DNA of 64,000 nucleotides, from NCBI RefSeq assembly GCF_964204645.1, contig NC_134027.1:7658485-7722484 (forward strand), given 5' to 3'. Position 1 is the stretch's first letter. Each line of letters starts with the position of its first letter. The notes beneath the pieces were generated by a model. That model saw only the letters and a list, made by a program, of their open reading frames with translations, had not been told where the DNA came from and ran no database searches. This DNA is from Tubulanus polymorphus. Its lineage: Eukaryota > Animalia > Nemertea. Positions 55,076 to 64,000 of the stretch are shown in pieces. The position numbers and the translations under genes are program-made.

Positions 55076-55955
55076 CTGAAAAAAAGGAAATTCCGCTTAA
55101 TAGTTTACGTATTTGTATGATCTAAGAGAAATGGTCATTTTCGCCGTGGCTGGCGCGGAAAAAACCTTTCATCGAAAATGAAGATAATCTTAGGGTTGGG
55201 TATCATCTTGATACAATTGAATATAAAAAAAAACTATTCGTTTCAAGGATTTCTTCTGTCACACAAATGGTGAGATTACAGATTTGCTTAAACATACATT
55301 GAAAGTTGATCACCGGTTAAATAAAAGGGATATAATTCTAAACACAGATCCGTGTATAGAATGTTTTCGGAAACATTTCTGGGCGCGCGTTATTTATTTG
55401 TTTAAATACGGGGGTTTCCACGCCCAGGTAAAGCTACCGCGAGATAGAGCGCTGGAATTTTAACCAACTGACAGGTAACGTAAACACCATCGAGTACACA
55501 TTCGTAGTATGTACTGCAAGAGACAGCTGGTTCTAATTACTTCAAACTCCAGCCTCAGGTTTATGTTGCCTGCTGAGTAGAAGAAATCCGCAACATCAAC
55601 AGAGAGGCACTTGAACGCGCTGCGGACAAACCAACCGCATTTATCGACGTAGCCGAAGTTATTTGCCAACAAATTTAGGCCATTTCATCATACAAACATA
55701 TTTAGAACAAAAAATTGAGTGGATTCTGCTCCACAGCCAGACGATACCACGCCTTCCCGTTCATCCATTTTTCATATACATATTTTGCATATACAAATAA
55801 AATGTGTTCTCCGATATAATTTATCAAAATGTTTAGATATTTTCTGAACAAATATTTCATTGCGAATTACCGCAAATGTCAGTCGGTCCTATAAACACGA
55901 ATTGTAGACTAAAGAAATAACCGATCAAGCAATTTTGTACGCAATCAAGACTCAC

Positions 55956-56268
55956 CGATATCAGAAATGTTTACACTTGACGAAATTGTTTTATCGCCTT
56001 TAAACACGCAATTGACGTCGACTTTAGCGGTGTGGACATTTGCCTTGACTTCAATAACATCTTCGGTATTCTCATTAGTAGTTGGTGGTGGCGGTGGTCC
56101 ATAGTTGAAACGATCGTCCGGGTAAAGCTCGATAACTTTTCCTGTTATAATCGTTTTAGCATTTGAAACGTATTGCGGTATCGTCGGGTCTTTATATCCT
56201 CCTTCTGGTTCCGAACAAGCCCACAAACACGCGGGCGCTATCAACACGAGGAAAAAGTGCGAGATCAT
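55956..56268 (-). CDS. Variable first exon V3 (signal peptide + N-half of TIMP/NtA-like domain)
   Basis: MISHFFLVLIAPACLWA|CSEPEGGY...AKTIITGKVIELYP...AKVDVNCVFKG...VNISDI, then G|gtgagt. 313 nt = phase 1. Confidence 0.85.
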
Positions 56269-57781
56269 TTTCGAAAGTGCTCACCGAGGTGTTCAGTTCA
56301 GCGGTCAGTCCACGAATGGTGCTTTAGTTGGCTCTTTGTGTTTGTAAATGAATCATCGTCTGACTGCGGAGTTTACTCAGATTCCTCGCCAGATCGAGGG
56401 ATGCCATACTGAGTCAGGTCAGTATGAATTAGCGAAGCTGCCAATGACGACGGCTGCACGCTGTTCGGCTTCCATTTCGTGTTGCACCTGAATAAACAGT
56501 TGACCAAAAAGCTTGTGCATTGTCTGGTGTTTGTGCTAAGAGGTACTTTGTATCACGAACACTCGATGAGTAAACGCGTCAGATTTAAAAAGAATCGCCG
56601 TTTTTCCCCAAGCGGCTCAAAATGGTACAATAAATTACTTTATTCTTAACAACGCTTCTAAAAGATAGGAAGTGACGAAATGGTCTTGCCGGATTTATTT
56701 TTCATCGACGATGGTCTACAAATATCTTTAGCTAGGGAAACTTGTAACCATGCAAAGCGATAGTTTTTCTCTTCAAAAAACGGCGCGAAAATTCACCTAA
56801 CTGCATATGCTGAGCCAGTCGCCTCATATAGAGACAATCCCACAACAATTACGAAAAATAATATTAAGTCCAAAAGTGTCACCTTGAGCTATTAGTGTAT
56901 TACTATTATAGCTCAATGATACATTTTCCGACTCGATATATATATTTTTTCGTCATTATTGTGAGATTCTCTTTATATTATTAAAGCGTAGTGGGTCCAA
57001 GATATGATTGAGTATTGCATGATTACGGTCAATTTTAAAAATCGTTATTTTTCGTGTATCTTTATGCATTTATGATTTAAACAATCTTCTTTGTTCATTC
57101 TTGACACAAACTGGAGACAGTATCGTACATTTTTCATACTTGCAAGCATGATCGACTTAAGTGTTTGTTGTTGATGTTTTTACAACAATTTGTCATCTGT
57201 TTCTGAGCAGTTGCACTAGTAAAATATATAATGTCTTTGAGAATGTGTCAGACATGTCATCACAAAGGTATCTGGCTATAAAGATGTATATCAAGTTTCT
57301 AGAATTGTGTAAGGGAGTCAGAGTTAGATTTTCGACGGATCCTCGCACCCGTTGAAATACAGATCTAGTATATTCTGAATTGTCTGCTAGTTCAAATAAA
57401 CTACGGTTTCATCAGGAGTTGGAGTTGTGTCGTCTCGCGAGGACTTGAAATTGGAAGTCAGATCACCAACGGAATCTGCGACACGTATTTACGTTGAAAA
57501 CCGACCTAGTTCCTAACTGACCGGCGGAAATTTTACGTTATTATAATTTTTGAAATTATTAACAATCACACAATCACAAAATAATAAATCATATCTGGGA
57601 AACGCCGAATAGTATATTATCAATGGTGATCAGACGTCTCATTCTTCACTGTTGGCTCGTCAAGTTTTTCCCGAAAGAAAGCGGAGCACATCAAAACAGG
57701 TTTCCATATGCAGCTTAATAAGACGATTTCGTTTTAGAAGCGAACCGTTTAAAAATATCAATTTCATTTTATCTAGCTTAC

Positions 57782-58070
57782 CGATGTTGGTTATATTAAT
57801 GAATTGTGCGGTAGGATTCGTTATTCCCTTGAAAATGCAATCCACACGAACTCTGGCCACGAAGGCCTGAGTCAGTTCATCGTTACCGGGCTCTGGAAAA
57901 ACTTGGTCAACGCTACCAGTGACGACGACTTGTGCATCATTCACATGATTAGTTACTGTTTGTTCTACGTATCCTTCAATAGGCTCCGAGCATCCTCTCA
58001 CCAAACACAACGGTGACACCGCAAATGACACGAGGAGAAAATGTAGGATGAAAATGTAAGATTCCATCAT
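57782..58070 (-). CDS. Variable first exon V2
   Basis: MMESYIFILHFLLVSFAVSPLCLVRG|CSEPIEGY...AQVVVTGSVDQVFP...ARVRVDCIFKG...INITNI, then G|gtaagc. 289 nt = phase 1. Confidence 0.85.
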
Positions 58071-58797
58071 TTCATAACAAACGTGAAGCAGACTTATACG
58101 GAGGTTGGACAGAAACCCCCGGTTTTATGGACCCCGTGGCGACACTCCTGATAATGATTGGTTTATCATGGGAAACGTCAGGCAGTGCAAAAATATTATA
58201 ATAACATTCGGCTGTGCGAAGTGCTTGATTGCGCGGTAAATTGTGCGTTTGTCGAAAACAAAGACTTGGCCTACATTAAGCTTTTCATTAATTGATTAAA
58301 AAAGTAAAAACGAACGTGACGTAATAATCAGCAGTAATATAATAAGCCTATACGAGAAATACATTTTTCGCGATAAGTAACGCTATAGCATTACAGAAAT
58401 TTCAACAACGCGATCATGATACACGTATTGGCAGGGAAAAAGTCTTTAGAAACTTGATTTATTCTACGGCATTTATTGGTAATATTTATGGTATCCGTTT
58501 TGAAAAGCGTACAACAAGCCCAGTTGGTTCCATTTAACATACATTTTCAGCACCACTTTTTTACGCAAAAATTGCCTTTTTCCTTCCCAACCCGCTGAGA
58601 AATATATACACAATATGTATTTAAGAAGGAATGTACACTATCTTTACTTGTTCAACATAGTTATGCGATAGCAACCGCCACAGAGAGCATCCGGTTTTTC
58701 TTAAAATAACTAACATCAAAGCTCAAGATTGATCCACAGCTATGTTTTTCCTCTGGTGGTGTCTTTATACGTACATGTTGTTTTCAATGGTACTTAC

Positions 58798-59101
58798 CAT
58801 TTTCCGATATATTCATCACTGGCGTGATCGGCATGTCCCCTTTGAAAATGCATGATACTTTGATCTCCGATGTGAACGCATTGACTCGCAGGTCTTCGAA
58901 ATCTAAACTCCTGTCGGGAATATTTCGCAAAGCCCGTCCAATAACGATCACCTCGCTGTCGACGATCACCTCTTGAAATGTTGGTGGGACATATTTCGTC
59001 TCACCGGGAGGGATGTCACAAGCCTCGATTGCGCCAACGAGTACTACTAACAGAAAAACTCGCAAACTTTTTTCACGATGCGGCCATCCTTGCTCAACCA
59101 T
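58798..59101 (-). CDS. Variable first exon V1
   Basis: MVEQGWPHREKSLRVFLLVVLVGAIEA|CDIPPGETKY...SEVIVIGRALRNIP...SEIKVSCIFKG...MNISEN, then G|gtaagt. 304 nt = phase 1. A TATA-like run at ~59173-59185 lies ~75 nt upstream of the ATG. Confidence 0.85.
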
Positions 59102-60285
59102 GTTTTCGCTTAGCTATCTTCGTATACGCTTGTCGACCCGCGTCGGAGCACTGCTATCAGTAAGTTACTGGCTATATATATATATCAACACCCAATAAAT
59201 TCATCAATTAGGTATTTTCTCTTACTTCAGGAAAACCCAACAATACGATCGTAGGGGTTAGCGCGAATTTATTAGTGTTACAAGGTTTTTACTCTACCGA
59301 ATCCGATTGGATAATTCGATTCCTATCGGCGTAATCGCAGTTAAACAGATGTAAAAAAGAACAGGCCGTCGTTGATGAAGCTGATCAAGCGAAAGTGTCT
59401 GACGCGTCAATGACGTAATCACAAGCCGATCCTTTTGCTCTGAGATGTGGATGGAAAATTGTAACTCACTTTCCGGGCAAACACCACCGCAAAGACCTTT
59501 CTTTCAAGTCATTGGGGCCGGTCATTGGTCATTTTGGTGCAGCTGAAAAGTAGCGATATTTTTTCAGATTTTCATCGTTAGTTTCATCGTTAGTGAATAT
59601 TCTAGAATCCAGATAATGTATGCATTAAAGTACATAGTATTCATAGTAAATTACATCAAATATGTTAAGACGACACAGTACCAAGCAGACTATAAGGAAC
59701 TAAGAGATTCAATAGAAATAGTGATTTTTAGAAAAATTGTGAATTTTCCTGGCGTCATGACGAAAGGAGGAGTTCAATAAACCGTTTTTTGAAAGATAAT
59801 TTTTTCCGTGACGTTCTGACGAAGGAGAAGTTCAACCATAGAAAATAGCACTTTTTGCGAATTCTTCTGACGTCCTGATGAAAAGAAGATAAACCAAAAA
59901 AATTTTCGTGCCTAGTCCCTTGTTCGAATAATAGAGCTCTACTGATCATGATTACCGGTATATCTTTTGACGGTACCGCGTGCCATGCGAAAATAGAACA
60001 AATTGGTCAACGTCAGATTTCTGATACATCGATTGCCAACCATACATCGTGTACTTGACAGTGATGACGCAGTGTTCCACCATGGGCACCCAAAAAAATT
60101 AGTTTTCTCACTTTGAATAGGGCTCATTTTTTATATTTCAACAATTAAACCGAATTACATCGATCGAATTTTCGGAATCATCGGTTCGTTGACTAATCGC
60201 CAAAGCTGGTCTGGTTTTTAGTAGACACCACTACCAGCTCAACGACCTTGAGATGAAAAACCTCTGGCAAGCGAACCATCGACAC

Positions 60286-60323
60286 TGCGCATGCGCTTGA
60301 ATAAATTCTGTTGACTTCCGGGT
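60286..60323 (+). promoter_or_regulatory. Putative BRPF1 housekeeping promoter elements (NRF1-like and ETS-like sites)
   Basis: tgcgcatgcgc and acttccgggt, ~800 bp upstream of the BRPF1 ATG. Motif match only. Confidence 0.45.
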
Positions 60324-61103
60324 GCATCAGGCTTCTTTTTCTCATTGAAAACTGATTAAAATACAACTGTTGATGCGTTCTACGTGGAGGAGAGGCAGCG
60401 CCGAGTAGAAACTATGACAAATAATTACGATTAGTTTTCTGGGGTAGGTTTGAATAAAGGGTACTGCTAGAAGTGGGTCCGTAATCTAGCGAGTCTCTCG
60501 CTCAGACGCGAAACAAGCAAATCATTTTAAATCTCGGGGCCATTTTCACTTCATTCATTCATCATCGTTAAATTCATTCCATTTCCCACTCCAGTACAGT
60601 AAGAAATCAGTGTAAGATTAAACTAAAGGCAGTGAAATCTATAATACAACACTAAGGTCTATTGCGCAAACAAAAGGCCCTACTCACTCTACGTACATTG
60701 ACATTACATGGAAAAAACCCAAAGACCAAGAAGTTTTTTTTTTTGATGATCAGTGATCCATTTTCAACTTAACACTGAAGAAAAACATTGAAAGATTAGG
60801 GTTAATATCTGTCTGGTAAATGCACCACTAAACTTACTCCACAGCCACAGGAGGTACTGTCCTTGTATCTGAATATCATTCGTCATTGGAGTTTACTTAG
60901 CCACACGCTGCCTTTATTGTTTTGGTTTTGTAATAGGCCCCTAAAAAAAACCTACAGACATTTTTGACAAATACTTGGCCGTCCTGTTGAAAAACACGAA
61001 AAATGGATTTGATCTGTGAACTTCACTTTTTATCTTGTTATTAAAGCAAATATTCATTGATCATCATTTCAGATAACTGATTATTACTGTCATTCTGGAA
61101 TGT

Positions 61104-64000
61104 ATGTCGGGCAACAACAAAATGGGCATTGATTTTGATCTCCCGACATATGTGGACAATCTGAAGGCTACTAAGCCGCCGTATGAATGTCCAAAATGTG
61201 GCAGGGTGTATAAAAGTTACAGCGGAATTCGATTCCATCTTCTAAACCATGATCACAACAATCTGGAAAGTATACCCTCTCCGGCAAGCAGCACGACGAA
61301 AAAAATTGGCAAAAAGAAAAACAGTAAATTGAATAATAACCGCCTGGTGCAGCGGTCTCCGACACCTCCGGATTTGTTCCGAAATGCGACCCGCGAGACA
61401 TTGACTTACGCCGAAGCTCAGCGAATGGTCGAGGTCGAATTGGAAGGACGGATTCATCGGATAAATATATTCGACCCGCTCGAGGTGATCAATCAGGATG
61501 AAATCGATAACCAGGACAACACGGAAAAAGAGGAAAAACTTGACAAGACGATCGCAAAATCGGCCAAAAATCTCGAGCAGGCGTTGAAGAAAAAGGAAGC
61601 GTCCGCTAGTCCCCATCATCATCATCATCATCATCATCATGGACATCACACGACCTCGCGACTTCCCGAAGCTTCGTTCAAAGTTTTAGATGATTACGTG
61701 AAGCCGCCAACTGTTCCAGCTCGTCCGTCGTCCTACTATCGGTATATCGATAAAGCTTCTCACGAACTTGACGATGATGTTGAATACGACATGGATGAAG
61801 AGGTATTGAAATATTTCATTTTATCGATTCATGAATTTATATTAGATATCCAGATTTCTTATTAACCGACTTAACCATATCAATAAGGTCTAGTCAACTG
61901 TACCAGTGAATCACAATAATGCTGCCAATATGAAACTATTTCATACTCCCCAGAGACAAGTTTTCTGGTCCTGATCAAACATAACTACTTACTGCATTAA
62001 ACAAGACCTATCAAAATTGTACATGTTCGTCTAGGTACTAGAAAGGTCGACTTACCTTGTGGTCTTCTAGGTACTAAAAAGGCTTAGGCTTCCGCAGAAC
62101 ACAAAATCTGTTAATATTTGAATCATATCCAATCATCCGGGGCAATATTTTGAAGAAAAATTGTAACTGACTTACATTTTGTGATTTTTAATCTGTAATT
62201 GTGTACGCTGATTATATGTTTGCGACTGTTTGGTTTGTAGGATCACGCCTGGTTGGAACTGATAAATGACACGCGTAAAGAAGATGGTCACACGTTGGTG
62301 ACGCAGGAAATGTTCGAAACTCTCATGGACCGATTCGAAAAGGAAGCTTTCTTCCACAGTCAATCTTCCGGCAATGATATGACTCCGTCAATTGACGAGG
62401 ACGCCGTCTGCAGTATTTGTATGGATGGCGAGTGTCAAAACAGTAATGTCATATTATTTTGTGACATGTGCAATTTAGCGGTGCACCAGGAGTGCTACGG
62501 TGTGCCGTACATACCCGAAGGACAATGGTTGTGTAGACGTTGCCTTCAGTCTCCGTCGACGGCTGTTGATTGTTCGCTTTGCCCGAATAAAGGTGGCGCT
62601 TTTAAACAGACGGACGATGGTCACTGGGCGCACGTGGTTTGTGCTTTGTGGATACCGGAGGTCGGCTTCGCGAACACTGTGTTTCTGGAGCCGATTGACA
62701 GCATCGATCACATTCCAGCCGCGCGGTGGAAATTGTCGTGTTATATTTGTAAACAACGCGGCACGGGAGCGTGTATTCAGTGTCATAAAACGAACTGTTA
62801 CACTGCGTTCCACGTGACGTGCGCTCAACAAGCCGGGTTGTATATGAAAATAGAGCCGGTACGCGAGACGGGGATCGGCGGCACGAGTTTCACCGTGCGT
62901 AAAACGGCGTTCTGCGACGTACACGCTCCCGCCGACCATCACAACTCGAGCGACAACACGAGCATGCTCGTCAATTCGGAGGAGCAGGCGAATCTGGCGA
63001 AACGGGCGAAAGCAATATCGAGACAGAAAATGAGAAAGGCGAGAAAGATTTTGGCTGAAAAGCGCAACGCGATGCCGATAGTATCTATACCAGTTATACC
63101 GCAACAGAGGTTTGTACTAGTATTAGTAGGAATAAAAGAACTAACTTGAGAGTTTATTGATGCCTTGAAAAATAACACATAACAATAAAGGCATTTTGGA
63201 TTTGAATGTATCAATGATTAAAATGCATTCACCAGCCAGTTCACAATTGTGATCGTTATTTTGAGAAGCCAATATTGATAATGTAGCGCACATCGACTCA
63301 CACAGAACCCCTTAGATAACACCTACTAGGTATTAATCTATATGAACATTATTGAACATTTTACGGCATCAAAAATAGCTATTTGAAAAATAATGGTTTA
63401 GTGAATCTTACCTATATAGTCCTCTTGTTCCTCCAAGTCATATTGTATATACCGGTGAATGATTTTGCATTTGTAGGCTGGCTAAGATAGCGTCAAGAAT
63501 CGTGTTGCAGAGAAAAAATCAGTTTATCGGACATTTACAGAGTTATTGGACATTAAAACGACAATCGAGGAATGGCGTACCGCTACTCAGACGCTTACAA
63601 TCAAATCATATGTCTCGTCATAGGGATCAGGTATTCCAGTCACCCAATTCCAATTATAGAACCCATTTTCATTGAAGTCAACTGACTCTCCTCAGAAAAC
63701 TATTTCAACTTTGTTTTAAATGTTTGACGTATTTGTTTTGATTCAAGACCCAGAATGACAAAGAAAGCGATGCGCTGAAAGATCAGTTGAAATATTGGCA
63801 ACGACTGCGACAAGACTTAGAAAAAGCTCGTTTACTCGTCGAACTGATCAGGAAACGTGAGAAAATGAAAAGAGAACAGGTGAGTTACACGCGATAATCC
63901 TAGAGTGGCATAACTTGTATGGCTTGATATGACCACTTTGATTCATGTCATTCATATTGCATTTAGGTGCGGATCATTCAGATGAATACTGAGATGCAGT
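61104..64000 (+). CDS. BRPF1: Peregrin / bromodomain and PHD finger protein 1, 5' part (continues beyond the window)
   Basis: MGIDFDL...[27 protein letters not shown] (C2H2), [25 protein letters not shown], and the PZP domain ([50 protein letters not shown]...). Also [19 protein letters not shown] and [20 protein letters not shown]. Exons ~61104-61802, 62242-63108, 63477-63630, 63748-63879, 63967-end. Confidence 0.96.

Noticed and set aside
57385-57476. Short phase-compatible open stretch downstream of V2 that might be a private second exon
   Set aside because: No similarity to C1, no Cys to complete the domain and a weak acceptor. It does not explain V2 as an independent gene.
61242-63104. 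Long minus-strand ORFs (135 aa poly-Met; 209 aa)
   Set aside because: Antisense shadows of BRPF1 exons and the CAT repeat.

Overview
Gene-dense, intron-rich eukaryotic (invertebrate animal) genomic DNA. A lophotrochozoan origin is inferred from the repeat families, not proven. In order, it holds: an orphan ORF running off the left edge; a secreted CAP/CRISP-like gene; a transposase-free SETMAR-type SET gene whose stop codon lies only 2 nt before the SUMF1 start codon; CXXC1; NUDT19; TRAPPC8; the microprotein SMIM30; RPS23; TCF25; a YciH-like SUI1-domain gene; a ~5 kb tandem duplication of an SLC17 transporter (one intact copy, one frameshifted); a GPI-anchored TIMP/NtA-like gene; and the 5' part of BRPF1. 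The most striking feature is 53.9-59.1 kb. Three paralogous first exons (each ATG + signal peptide + mature Cys1 + half an OB-fold-like domain, each ending in a phase-1 GT donor) lie upstream of a single set of constant exons. This is a protocadherin/UGT1-style variable-constant architecture for a surface protein. Other highlights are a long G-U-biased intronic hairpin in CXXC1, Helentron-type elements carrying tandem CTCF-like motifs, a three-layer nested transposon insertion and a Penelope-like palindrome with a hammerhead core. All family assignments come from recognising motifs by eye, with no database search. Exon boundaries were read manually from GT-AG sites and reading phase.
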